From a virus: 64,000 nt of DNA. Shown here one piece after another: positions 28,585-38,503 of the stretch; within the stretch, counting starts at the first letter, position 1; each line of letters begins with the position of its first letter. The position numbers and the translations under genes are program-made. The DNA lies in the IMG/VR virus record IMGVR_UViG_3300034072_000375, positions 1-64,000 of that record; one strand, written 5' to 3'. Under the pieces are notes generated by a model. It was given only the letters and a program-made list of their open reading frames with translations, was not told the origin of the DNA and ran no database searches.

Positions 28585-30783
28585 ATGAAATTAGAAAGTC
28601 TTTTTGTTTTTGACATCGAAACATACAAAGAAGTATTCACCTTCAGCGTTGTTCGCGCAGACGGAAAGTTCAAGAAGACTTTCTCTTGTTCTAAGTTTAA
28701 GAATGAAATTGAAGGAATCTTCAAGTGCTTGGACTATCTGCACGACAACGACTATTATCTAGTTGGGTTCAACTCCAATCAATTTGACTGGCCTATTATT
28801 CAACAACTCATAGACAAGCGATCAAAGTTACCAAAATCAGGTAGAGCAATTGCTTCTTATGTTTTTGAACTTGCACAAAAACAGATTGATTCTTTTCGCG
28901 GAGAGGGGTTTGGTAATACGGTAAAGTACGAAGATCAGTACGTAAAGCAAATTGACTTGTTCAAAGTTCATCACTTTGACAACCGCAATCGCATGACAAG
29001 CCTGAAGTTGATTGAATTCAATCTGCGCATGGACAACCTAGAAGACTTACCGTATGACATTCATTCGGAACTTACGGAAGAAATGATTGCAGATATCATC
29101 TTCTACAACGAGCATGATGTTGAGGCAACTCGATTGTTTCTGCATCAGTCGATCCCTCAGATTGAATTTCGTTTTCAGCTTACTGAAAAGTACGGAAAGA
29201 GTTTTCTAAATCACAATGACGGTAAGATTGGTAAAGATTACTTTCAGATGGAACTTGAAAACAGAGGTGTAAAACTTCATACGTTCAAGAACGGTAAAAA
29301 AGTACTCAAACAAACACCACGATCAAAGATTAACATTGGTGAGTGCTTGTTTAGTTATTATGACTTCAAGCGACCAGAGTGCATTGCAGTGAAGGAATGG
29401 TTTAGTGAACAAACTATTTCAGAAACCAAAGGTGTATTCTCTGACATTGAAGAACATCGTCTAGGTGAAGTTGCTCAGTACGCAGAGATGACAGTAAAGC
29501 GAAAGAAGTTCAAGGGAGTTCCTTCTGAAAAAGATCGTGAAGTCTTTCTAAAGGAACATCCTTGTGGATGGATTGAAGAAGAAGAACTGAAAGCTACAGA
29601 GTACTTGTTTGACAGTGAAGGTAATCACGTAACGGAGTACCCTTTGGATTCTGAAGGCTCACCTGATTTCACAAAGAAACCGAAAAAGGTTCGTGTACCG
29701 AAGAAATCCTACTGGGGTTGCTATCGAGTAGCTGAGACATTGAACATTCTTTTGGATGGTCTTCGCGTTGACTTTGGTGTAGGAGGTATTCATGCTAGCT
29801 TGTCTGAAAAGCTTGTAAGGGAAACTAGCAAATACAAGATTCTCGACGCCGATGTAAGTTCAATGTACCCTAACATCGCAATCAGCAATCGTGTGTACCC
29901 TGAACATCTAGGAGAGGAGTTTTGTGACATTTACTTGGATGTGTACGAACAACGTAAGTCCTATGCGAAAGGTACACCTGAAAATGCAATGCTAAAGCTT
30001 GCATTGAACTCTGTTTACGGGGACTCAAATAACCAATACAGCGTGTTCTATGATCCGATGTACACAATGAAGATTACTGTCAATGGTCAATTGTCGTTGT
30101 TGATGCTTGCGGAAAGACTTCTGGAAATTGAAGGACTGAAACTTGTTCAGTTGAACACAGATGGTCTAACTGTCGCCCTACCAAGAGACAAGGAAGATGA
30201 GTACTCTGCTGTGTGCAAGAAATGGGAATCAGATGTTGGTTTGGAACTTGAGTTTGTAGAATACGAAAGAATGATGATTCGTGATGTAAACTCTTACTTA
30301 GCAATCTACAAGAAAGGTGGTGTAAAGCGCAAGGGGGCTTATCAGTACGAAGGTCTTGGCTGGCACCAGAATCAGTCTTCGTTGGTCATCCCGATGGCTG
30401 CTGAAGCTGCAATGGTGAAAGGTGAAGAAATTGAGTCATTTGTCCGAGAGCACTTTGCTAAAGGTAATAAGTTCGATTTCATGCTTCGCACCAAAGTTGA
30501 CAAGAGTTCCAAACTCGTGTTAGTATCCGATGAAGGTGTTGATGTTGAGCAACAGAGAATCTGCCGATACTATCCGTCTAAGAACGGTGGTAAGCTAGTG
30601 AAATTGATGAAAGCACTTCCTGATTCAGAAGATAAGTCAGATCGTAGGTTGTCAATTGACTCGCAATGGAAAGTCAAAACATGCAACAATATGAAAGATT
30701 TCGACGGTGATGTTGACTTTGATTACTATGTGCAGGAAGCCGAAAAGCTTGTAATTCGTAAAGTGACGGAAAAACCACAATGA
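28585..30783 (+). CDS. DNA polymerase, family B-like, with 3'-5' exonuclease
   Basis: Exo I FDIETY, Exo II GFN..FD, Exo III YNEHDV. Polymerase motifs DVSSMYP, KLALNSVYG and NTDG. Confidence 0.9.
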   Translation: MKLESLFVFDIETYKEVFTFSVVRADGKFKKTFSCSKFKNEIEGIFKCLDYLHDNDYYLVGFNSNQFDWPIIQQLIDKRSKLPKSGRAIASYVFELAQKQIDSFRGEGFGNTVKYEDQYVKQIDLFKVHHFDNRNRMTSLKLIEFNLRMDNLEDLPYDIHSELTEEMIADIIFYNEHDVEATRLFLHQSIPQIEFRFQLTEKYGKSFLNHNDGKIGKDYFQMELENRGVKLHTFKNGKKVLKQTPRSKINIGECLFSYYDFKRPECIAVKEWFSEQTISETKGVFSDIEEHRLGEVAQYAEMTVKRKKFKGVPSEKDREVFLKEHPCGWIEEEELKATEYLFDSEGNHVTEYPLDSEGSPDFTKKPKKVRVPKKSYWGCYRVAETLNILLDGLRVDFGVGGIHASLSEKLVRETSKYKILDADVSSMYPNIAISNRVYPEHLGEEFCDIYLDVYEQRKSYAKGTPENAMLKLALNSVYGDSNNQYSVFYDPMYTMKITVNGQLSLLMLAERLLEIEGLKLVQLNTDGLTVALPRDKEDEYSAVCKKWESDVGLELEFVEYERMMIRDVNSYLAIYKKGGVKRKGAYQYEGLGWHQNQSSLVIPMAAEAAMVKGEEIESFVREHFAKGNKFDFMLRTKVDKSSKLVLVSDEGVDVEQQRICRYYPSKNGGKLVKLMKALPDSEDKSDRRLSIDSQWKVKTCNNMKDFDGDVDFDYYVQEAEKLVIRKVTEKPQ

Positions 30784-31435
30784 CACACTTCCACTACTTC
30801 TATTGCAGTGAATTCTCCTGTATAATCAAGTTATCCTCCTCAGGAACAGAACTCCAGCGAATCAGCATCCCTCGTTCCGACCTGATGAAACTTGCCCTCG
30901 TTTGCTGGGAGAATTCGATTGATAAACTTGCTACGGAAAGGGAATGAGATGAACAGACAAGAACTTAAAGAAGCACTCCGTGATCTTGCACAGCAAGACC
31001 CTGAATTCATGAAGGAACTGATCGGAGAGGTTGTCAAGAGTAATCTGTCCATTTGTACTGCATCAGACGGAGACTACTACAATCCGGGAATTACCTATGT
31101 TTTGGAGTGGAAGACTGACGACTACAGTTATGAAGAATTTTCCAAGGCATACTAATGCACAAGTATCAACAAAAGATTTGGACAAAACAGAGTCCTCGTG
31201 ATAAGATGATCAGGAACCGTACTTTCGGTGTAACCCCAGGTTGCATCCCTGACCCAAAGAAAGGTTACAAGCGCTTTGAACGTTGGCTTAAACGTCCTCG
31301 GAAAGCTATTGAGTTGTATTGGCGAGTACGATGGGTTAAGACTTGGCAGGATATGCAAGGACGCAACGTGGTTGCGGCTGCTCTGCGTAAGGGTTTACAT
31401 TGAAGTAGCAAAAATACAACACAGCAAGAAAAAGA

Positions 31436-31465
31436 TTGCACAGAGTAAAGAAGCTGTGCTATAAT
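31436..31465 (+). promoter_or_regulatory. Sigma70-type promoter upstream of the tRNA-like element
   Basis: TTGCAC...TG-C-TATAAT. Confidence 0.65.
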
Positions 31466-31503
31466 TCAAGGCGACGACTAAGTCTAGCCGTCTTTCAGGT
31501 TAT

Positions 31504-31578
31504 GCAACAGTAGCTCAGTTGGTAGAGCAAATTACAGGGATGTGACGTAAGACGGTGCTTCGAGAACACCCCGTTGCT
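31504..31578 (+). tRNA. Degenerate tRNA-like element, anticodon undetermined
   Basis: Acceptor GCAACAG/CCGTTGC (1 mismatch), canonical D-arm GCTC-AGTTGGTA-GAGC, T-loop TTCGAGA. Anticodon arm is non-canonical and there is no CCA. Confidence 0.55.
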
Positions 31579-31605
31579 TTTAGATTTTAAATGAAAGGAG
31601 AAGAT

Positions 31606-31854
31606 ATGAAAGCAGAAATTGTAGGAAACACAAAAGGTTTTAAGCCTGTGTCAATTCAACTTACGTTTCAAACTAAGTCTGAACTTGCAGCTTGGCTTTT
31701 GATGACAAATGATTGGACTGTTACTGAAGTTACTGTCGGGGATCAGCTTGCGCATAATCCAGAGTTTGAAGAGTACGATCCGATGAGTGTTGATTTTCAG
31801 GCTCTGACTGCTGGAGATATTTGGCAAGAATTGCGCACGCATTTGAATAAGTAA
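31606..31854 (+). CDS. Hypothetical protein
   Basis: ATG after AAGGAG. Confidence 0.6.
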   Translation: MKAEIVGNTKGFKPVSIQLTFQTKSELAAWLLMTNDWTVTEVTVGDQLAHNPEFEEYDPMSVDFQALTAGDIWQELRTHLNK

Positions 31855-31944
31855 GATTTCTTAATCGGAAAAGAAGTTCGTGATCTTCCATAAAATCACA
31901 TTTTCGTTAACACATTTCCAATACATAAGAAAGGGAAAATACAC

Positions 31945-32571
31945 ATGGCTATTTCTAAACTCACCGGCACTCTAGTATACGTGCAGCTTGACACCCCAAA
32001 GCCTTGCTTTGATGCAGAGAAGGGCACTGAATGGAAGGCAAGCATTGTTGTCTCGGAAGATGACGCAGATGAATGGAACGATGCTTATCCAAAGCAAAAA
32101 GCCAAGGAGGTAAAGACTTCTGAGTTTGAGGAAATCTACAAGATTCCTGCACCATTCGCAGATCAACGCAAGCAGTACATTATTACTCTTCGCAAGAACA
32201 CCAAGCTGGCTAACGGTAATCCTGTTCCTCCGCAGTACACACCGAAGGTATTCCAGCAGAAGGGTAAGACTTTGGTTGAAATCACAAGTTCTGTTCTGGT
32301 GGCTAATGGCTCTGAAGGACAAATCTCTGTTGATCACTATGATGCCAAGATGGGGCCAGTTGCACGACTCAAGAACGTCAAGGTTGATACTTTGATTGAG
32401 TACGTGAAGCCAGAGGGTTCGGGTTACGAAAGTGGCTCCGAGTTTGATTCAGCAGATGATGGTAATGGGGGCACGGTCAAGGTTCCTGCTAAGGCTAAGA
32501 CTGTAGCAGCACCGAAGGGTAAGAAGCCTCCGGTTGATTCAGATGGTGACAGCGACAGCGATCCATTCTGA
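31945..32571 (+). CDS. Single-stranded DNA-binding protein (T7 gp2.5-like)
   Basis: Located in the replication module. VANGSEG motif and acidic tail ending DSDSDPF. Confidence 0.75.
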   Translation: MAISKLTGTLVYVQLDTPKPCFDAEKGTEWKASIVVSEDDADEWNDAYPKQKAKEVKTSEFEEIYKIPAPFADQRKQYIITLRKNTKLANGNPVPPQYTPKVFQQKGKTLVEITSSVLVANGSEGQISVDHYDAKMGPVARLKNVKVDTLIEYVKPEGSGYESGSEFDSADDGNGGTVKVPAKAKTVAAPKGKKPPVDSDGDSDSDPF

Positions 32572-32576
32572 TGCAA

Positions 32577-32680
32577 TCTAAAGCCCCTTAAAGGTACTTT
32601 CTAGGTCAGGTAATACCCTTGCCTACCTAGATTACTTAAAGGGCTTATAGAGCGGTTTAAAGCGTTCTAGGGCCTTCTAT
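32577..32680. repeat. 10-11 bp periodic element (gyrase-site-like), copy F
   Basis: CTAAAGCCCC-TTAAAGG ... TTAAAGGGC-ATAGAGCGG-TTAAAGCG-CTAGGGCC around a GGTAATACCC core. Confidence 0.65.
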
Positions 32681-32754
32681 CCTCGGTTATCATAACTGGA
32701 CAATGAACGAATCTTCTAAATTCGACTATACTCGTTCAAATCGAGTACCGAGGG
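32681..32754 (+). tRNA. tRNA-Arg (anticodon TCT)
   Basis: Full cloverleaf: acceptor CCTCGGT/ACCGAGG, D-stem TCAT/ATGA, anticodon arm CGAAT-CTTCTAA-ATTCG, T-arm ACTCG-TTCAAAT-CGAGT. No encoded CCA. Confidence 0.9.
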
Positions 32755-33269
32755 CAGAGGGTCTTAGGACTAGAAATATTTGAAAGGAGAAAACATGAGC
32801 AAAATCTGGGTAGTAACCCAACAAGGTATCCCAATCATGGCGTATAATCAATCTGAAGTAACTCCACTTGAACTGTGGGAGAAGCACTTGGGTTGTTCTG
32901 TGTTTGATGTTGAAGTTCAATAAGGAGGTTTAGATGAAGTATGTAGCTAAGTTTGTAAATGGAGCGTGGGTTTCTTTCAACACAGAAACCTATGAGAACA
33001 CACAAGTCTTTTATCTTCGCAAGGATGCGGAAGAAGCGGTGAAGAAGATGAACAACAATCAACGAGGAGGTAAGTAATATGCAAAAGACCACCCAACAAA
33101 AGCCCATTACTGCATGGGCAGTAGAAATCGAAGGTAAGATTGATCCAGACTTTGTATTCAATAGTCGTGCTACAGCGCGGCATGTTCGGAATACTGAAGC
33201 CTCTGTTGGTTTGTATAAGAAGATTTCAGTGCGTAAGTTGCAACTGATTCCAGTGAAGGGGCGATAAAC

Positions 33270-33572
33270 ATGAGTGAGATTCTTAAGACCATTCTACTGA
33301 AAGACGAAGAAGAAGCTAAGTACTTCGCATGGGGTGATCATCAGGATTTTGACATTGTAGAAACTGTCAAGGACTATGATGCTCTCTACAAGGATTATTG
33401 TCCCGCCACTACGATTGCAAAGCATATTGAAACTGGTAAGTTCTATGCTCTTGATTGGGATTCTTATGAAAGTCACTACGGTTGTGGAGAGGACATGTTC
33501 AATGAACTTTCTGTCTATGAAGTAGAGCAACAAGAAGAAGTCCGAGTAACTAAAACATGGGTAGCAGTTTGA
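33270..33572 (+). CDS. Acidic hypothetical protein
   Basis: 100-aa ORF in the operon. Confidence 0.65.
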   Translation: MSEILKTILLKDEEEAKYFAWGDHQDFDIVETVKDYDALYKDYCPATTIAKHIETGKFYALDWDSYESHYGCGEDMFNELSVYEVEQQEEVRVTKTWVAV

Positions 33573-33787
33573 CTAACTACGAAACATTTGTACTGACAAT
33601 CGGGTATATCGCTTTCATCTTGTCTATCCTAGCTGTGATTGGTATCGGTGGTGTACTGACGGTTATCTCTGCGGCAGTTTGCTTGGTGGTGCATTATCCG
33701 ATTAAGTTAAGTGATTGGGTGCTGAGTAAAGTACGAAGCATCTCAGCGAAGCGGGTTTTGAAGTAAGGTTTTTAAGAAAGGAAATAA

Positions 33788-33988
33788 ATGAAATATGTAG
33801 CTATTATTGGTGCTTTGGTTGTGCTGCTTGGGGTTATTATTGCAGGCCCGTTGCTTACTATAAGTGCTCTGAATACGTTGTTCGGTTTGAATATCGCTTA
33901 TACAGTGTGGACATATCTGAGCGTTATGTGGTTGAACATCACAACTTTCGGTGGTTTGGGTTTGTCGATTCGTAGTTTGAAGAAATAA
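33788..33988 (+). CDS. Small membrane protein
   Basis: Two hydrophobic segments with ALNTLFGLNI; similar to the adjacent ORF 33999-34220 (INALFGTNI). Confidence 0.7.
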   Translation: MKYVAIIGALVVLLGVIIAGPLLTISALNTLFGLNIAYTVWTYLSVMWLNITTFGGLGLSIRSLKK

Positions 33989-33998
33989 TTTAAAGGAG

Positions 33999-34220
33999 GT
34001 GAATATGGTGGCCGCGCCCCAACTAATAGTAGCTGTTATAGCACTCCCGTTGTTCTTCATGCTTACAATGATGGTGGGGTTTTCAGTACCTTACTTTGGT
34101 GTTATCATTATTAACGCTTTGTTCGGTACTAATATTGTGTTTGCAGTATGGATGCATTGGGTATGCGTGGTAAGTTTTGTGATTGCAGTATTTTATGCTG
34201 CATTTAAAATGAAAGGATAA
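33999..34220 (+). CDS. Small membrane protein
   Basis: Hydrophobic, SD AAGGAGG. Confidence 0.65.
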   Translation: MNMVAAPQLIVAVIALPLFFMLTMMVGFSVPYFGVIIINALFGTNIVFAVWMHWVCVVSFVIAVFYAAFKMKG

Positions 34221-34395
34221 CTGTGTTTACATTGCAAGACTTTGTAATTGCTTTTGAGAAGTGGGAGAATGATTACCGAGTTAATCCCACTAATTACTAC
34301 ACACCAGATGAAACAGCAGGATTGGAAGTCAGTGCTGTGTCTGTTGGTCGTGCGGAATATTTTATGGATTTGTTGACTGAAAATAAGGAGTGAAT

Positions 34396-34635
34396 ATGAC
34401 CGAAGAAGTAAAGAAGACTAAGGCTGAGTTGGTTGAAGCAATGAAACGTGAATTCTGCGAGGTAGAAAGCATCATGGAAAACGTAGCTGAATTGAAGGCT
34501 CAAGCTAAGGAAGCTGGTTATGATGCTACATTGCTGGCAAAGATTGCTAAGAGTATGGCTGAGAATCGAGTTGATGAAGTCTTGGAGAAAAACGAGATTT
34601 TTGCTAGTCTAGTAGATGAAGTAAGAAACGGATGA
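34396..34635 (+). CDS. Small dsDNA-binding protein (T4 DsbA/GapR-like)
   Basis: Coiled coil followed by ELKAQAKEAGYDATLLAKIAK, resembling the AK..G.D...l..i signature of that family. Confidence 0.55.
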   Translation: MTEEVKKTKAELVEAMKREFCEVESIMENVAELKAQAKEAGYDATLLAKIAKSMAENRVDEVLEKNEIFASLVDEVRNG

Positions 34636-35381
34636 AAAAGTTGTATCACGAGGGTATGATCTTCTTATCCTCATATGGGACTAAGGCTATACTGGTAAAA
34701 CGTTTAGACTACAAAAGGTGCATTCTGAGGGTAGAAAATACAGACGTGGAATTTATGTCATATCTTACTCTTCTGCCATCAGGAAAATTTAAAACCCCTT
34801 ATTGTAAAACAACCTATGGGGTCGGGTATATAGGAAGTGAGAGTGCTGAAAGCCTTATACACTCACCTGTACATAGAGTTTGGAGCAATATGATTAAAAG
34901 GTGCTATACGGACTATAAAGGAAATAGGTCGCCAGATGTTTATTCAGATACATTCGTAGAAGAATCGTGGCATAATTTTAGTATCTTCAGTGCATGGTAT
35001 CTTGAAAGAGAGAAATTGTTTCTAGGTACAAACATAAAACCTAAGCTGGATAAAGATTTGCTCAGTGGGAGCGATCAGGTTTATTCTGAAAAGACTTGTT
35101 GCCTAATACCTCATGCTATTAATTGTGCTTTAATTGAAAGAAAAAAGAGAGGAAACTTACCCTTAGGAGTTGTTAAACACAAGAAAGAATATTATGCAAA
35201 AATAATGGTAGAATCTTGTGAAAAAGTAATAGGCAATTACACCACTCCAGAAGAAGCTTCGAGAGCATATATTTCCGCTAAGAAAGAGGTGATAAAACAA
35301 CTTGCATGTAAATACAGAGATGTTCTTGAAGAGCACGTGTATGGTAAGTTAATTAACTGGGAACCGAAAAGAATTTTTTGA
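34632..35381 (+). CDS. Free-standing homing endonuclease (HNH/AP2-type)
   Basis: WSNMIKRCY, LDKDLL..YSEKTCCLIP..IN, LPLGV and GNYTTPEEA..AY..AK. Confidence 0.8.
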   Translation: MKKLYHEGMIFLSSYGTKAILVKRLDYKRCILRVENTDVEFMSYLTLLPSGKFKTPYCKTTYGVGYIGSESAESLIHSPVHRVWSNMIKRCYTDYKGNRSPDVYSDTFVEESWHNFSIFSAWYLEREKLFLGTNIKPKLDKDLLSGSDQVYSEKTCCLIPHAINCALIERKKRGNLPLGVVKHKKEYYAKIMVESCEKVIGNYTTPEEASRAYISAKKEVIKQLACKYRDVLEEHVYGKLINWEPKRIF

Positions 35382-35394
35382 AAAGGAGAGACTA

Positions 35395-36369
35395 TTGAGT
35401 AAAGTAATTGCACTTATTGACCTCGATACCCCTGTGTACAAAGCTGCTGCTGCGGTTGAAGAGAGAGGAATTATTGTTACTCACTCTCCTACAGGAATTC
35501 AGAAATCCTTTAGTACACGGACAGAGTTCAAGGACTTGCTGAAAAGCAAAGATAAGATTGACAAATTAAGTGAGTACGAGATTGAAGATACACAAGAAGC
35601 TGAACCAGCAGAACATGCTTTTCATGTCTTGAATAATCACATTAAGTTTATCCTTGATTCATTTTGGTGTGATGAGGTCATTTATATGATTTCAGGAAAG
35701 ACTAACTTTCGCTCTGATCTTCCTCTACCAACAAAGTACAAGTCCAATCGGGTTGGTTTGAAACCATTGCTTTTGAAACAAGTCCAGACTTACGCATGGA
35801 AGAAGTACAAAGCAATTGTCACTCAAAACGAAGAGCCTGATGACATGCAGGTGTGGATGGGTTACGAAATTTTGAAACGAGGAGATATTCCAATTCTTTG
35901 TACCGGAGACAAGGATTCCAAGGCGTACTCTGGTTTGTCTTTGTTTAACCCCGATAAACCAGAAGAAGGAGTTCAAGTGATTCCTGATCTTGGTAGTATC
36001 TGGGAAGATGATAAGGGCAAAGTCAGAGCACTAGGAATGAAGCAGTACGGACTCCAGCAACTGATAGGTGACGGAACAGACGGTTTCAAACCCACAGACT
36101 TGTGCGGGGTTAAGTTCGGGGAGAAGTCCGCATTGAAGTTGCTTGAACCTTGCAAGACCGAGAAAGAAGTTCTAGAAGTGGTTGTACAGCAATATCAGAA
36201 GTGGTATCCTACTCCATTTGAATACACAGCTTGGAATGGTGCTAAGATTGAAAGTGACTGGAAGCATATGCTGAACCTCTATCACGCTTGCTGCCGAATG
36301 AAAGAGACTAAGGACGATCCATTGATTGCGTATGATTTCTATAAACGTTATGGAGTGACACTGGAATGA
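35395..36369 (+). CDS. 5'-3' exonuclease/RNase H (T7 gp6-like)
   Basis: LIDLD, NFR..YKSNR, EPDD, DKD and GDGTDG motifs. Confidence 0.85.
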   Translation: MSKVIALIDLDTPVYKAAAAVEERGIIVTHSPTGIQKSFSTRTEFKDLLKSKDKIDKLSEYEIEDTQEAEPAEHAFHVLNNHIKFILDSFWCDEVIYMISGKTNFRSDLPLPTKYKSNRVGLKPLLLKQVQTYAWKKYKAIVTQNEEPDDMQVWMGYEILKRGDIPILCTGDKDSKAYSGLSLFNPDKPEEGVQVIPDLGSIWEDDKGKVRALGMKQYGLQQLIGDGTDGFKPTDLCGVKFGEKSALKLLEPCKTEKEVLEVVVQQYQKWYPTPFEYTAWNGAKIESDWKHMLNLYHACCRMKETKDDPLIAYDFYKRYGVTLE

Positions 36370-36783
36370 TTCAAATCAAAACACAAGAACTTCGTGATGC
36401 TGTGCAAGCTACTTATGAGTTCGACAAGGAACATGGTAAATGCACTGACGAAAGTACAGGACAATTTACGGGAAACTTTTATCACGAGACTTATGAGTTT
36501 GACGGTAAGAGTAAAACGTATTACTTTGACTCAGGGAAGTTGTTTGGTTATGAGGACGTAGCATGAGCAGCAGAATTACTTTCATTGACAACAACATTGA
36601 CTCAGGGGATTGGTGCGTGGTCATCTTAAATGGTGAAGTGATTCACGAAGGACATGAATACCCGAGAGGAACTTGGTTTGTGGAATTTTTTGAGTTGTAC
36701 CAAGGGATCGCAGAAACTGTTGAACACATTGGAATGACAGACGAAGAGATTCTGAATTGGAGGGAAGTACTTTATGGTGAAGA

Positions 36784-37413
36784 ATGACATTTAAATGCAT
36801 CAGATGCAACTGCGAAAGCTACTCCGTCAGAAACCTAATGGATGACCTTCAGGGATACTGCACTTGTAATGAGTGCGGGGCGCATCAGAGGCTTCACAGA
36901 GAGGTTAAGGAGGAACCTAAGCATCTTTATTCACCAACTGACGTAGCAAAGGTTCGTAAGATTCTTTATGAAGAACAAGGAGGTAAGGATGCTCTCACAG
37001 GTCTAGAGCTACCAACAGACAAGTTGTGTCTAGATCATTGCCATCAAAGTCAATTTGTTCGTGGAGTTCTTCACCGTCAAGTCAATGCAGCTTTGGGGAA
37101 ACTGGAGGGGGTTCATACAAGATACTTGAGCTACTGGTACTCTGATACACTTCCTGACTTCCTACGACAAGCTGCAGATTACCTTGAAAAAGAACAAGAT
37201 ACTCGGTACGTTCACCCCGGCTGGTTGAAGAAAGCTCAGACGATGTTCAACAGCCTTCCAGAAGGCGATAAGAAGGCTGTTTTAGAGGCTCTAGGGCAGA
37301 GGCAAGGGGGTAACAGCACCGAACGTAAAAAGCTCTTTAAAAAGGCTTTGCTGACCCGGAAGTTTAGTTATGAGCAGGTGAAAACAATGATTGAAGAAAG
37401 GAAGAAGCAATGA
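36784..37413 (+). CDS. Recombination endonuclease VII-like (Holliday junction resolvase) with N-terminal Zn ribbon
   Basis: EQGGKDALTG..LCLDHCH..VRGVL..VNAALG..LRQAADYLE. Confidence 0.85.
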   Translation: MTFKCIRCNCESYSVRNLMDDLQGYCTCNECGAHQRLHREVKEEPKHLYSPTDVAKVRKILYEEQGGKDALTGLELPTDKLCLDHCHQSQFVRGVLHRQVNAALGKLEGVHTRYLSYWYSDTLPDFLRQAADYLEKEQDTRYVHPGWLKKAQTMFNSLPEGDKKAVLEALGQRQGGNSTERKKLFKKALLTRKFSYEQVKTMIEERKKQ

Positions 37414-37639
37414 AATTTAAACTACAAGCAACTCACGATGACGGTACAGTTGTTACTCATGAATTTGAAGAGAATTCGTGGTATGCTGCGTTAGATAACT
37501 TCGTGAAGTTTCTACGAGGTAACGGTTATTTTGTTAGCGACAAAAGTGTAGGTATCAATCTGAAAGCAGGGCATTACTGCTATAGTGAAGATGAGCCTTA
37601 CTACAACATTACATTCTTTGAACAAGAAAAGGAGTAAAT

Positions 37640-38503
37640 TTGACGCAGCATTCACAAAGCACAAAAGATAAGATGAAAGCTCTGAGTGAATTGGGGTTTT
37701 CTTCGAGGGAGATTGCTAAACTTGTTCTTGGGTCAGAGACTAAGAAGAGTAGTGTAAATCGGGTGTTGGCTTCTGAGGGAACTACTTCTAAACCAAAGAA
37801 GGATACAGAAGATAACTCTAGAATTTTGTTTATCTCTGATTTGCATATTCCATTCCACCATGAAGACAGCTTTGATTTTCTTCGGCACCTAAAACAGAAG
37901 TACAATCCTACACGAGTAATCTGTTTGGGTGACGAGCTTGATAAACACAGTCTGAGCTACCACGAGCATGATCCTAATGGTTACTCTGCTGGGCATGAAC
38001 TTGAGGTTAGTATTCCTTACATCAAAGAACTTGAAGAAATCTTTCCTAAGATGGATATCATTGAGTCAAATCATGGTAGCCTAGTGTGGCGTAAAGCTAA
38101 GACAAACGGCATTCCGAAGCACTACATTAAGAGCTATAATGATGTACTTGGAGTAGGTGAAGGGTGGAATTGGAGTTTTGATCTTACTTTGACGCTGCCA
38201 AATGGACAGCAGTGTTACGTGCATCACGGAAAGAGTTCAGATGTATTGAAGCTAAGTCAACAAAGCGGTATGAATGCTGTTCAAGGTCATTTCCACGAAA
38301 GATTTAAGATTGATTATTGGGCTAACAGTAACGATCTTTATTGGGGAATGCAGTGCGGTTGCCTGATTGATGATGATCAGTATGCGTTCAATTACAACAA
38401 CGTTAACATCAAACGGCCTATTGTCGGCACTGGATTGATTATTGATTCTATTCCTGTGCTTGAACCGATGGTACTTGATTCAAAAGGAGATTGGGTAAGA
38501 TGA
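37640..38503 (+). CDS. Metallophosphoesterase with N-terminal HTH
   Basis: ISDLHIP, GDELD, SNH, HHG and GHFH. N-terminal GFSSREIAK. Confidence 0.85.
   Translation: MTQHSQSTKDKMKALSELGFSSREIAKLVLGSETKKSSVNRVLASEGTTSKPKKDTEDNSRILFISDLHIPFHHEDSFDFLRHLKQKYNPTRVICLGDELDKHSLSYHEHDPNGYSAGHELEVSIPYIKELEEIFPKMDIIESNHGSLVWRKAKTNGIPKHYIKSYNDVLGVGEGWNWSFDLTLTLPNGQQCYVHHGKSSDVLKLSQQSGMNAVQGHFHERFKIDYWANSNDLYWGMQCGCLIDDDQYAFNYNNVNIKRPIVGTGLIIDSIPVLEPMVLDSKGDWVR

Noticed and set aside
30880-30940. Hammerhead ribozyme suggested by CTGATGA...GAAA
   Set aside because: Stems II and III and the UH cleavage site could not be assembled around the core.
32681-32754. Amber-suppressor reading of the tRNA (CTA within the loop) to explain the TAG at 15217
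   Set aside because: The 7-nt loop CT-TCT-AA places TCT at the anticodon, so it is tRNA-Arg. TAG also serves as a real stop in nrdA and other genes.
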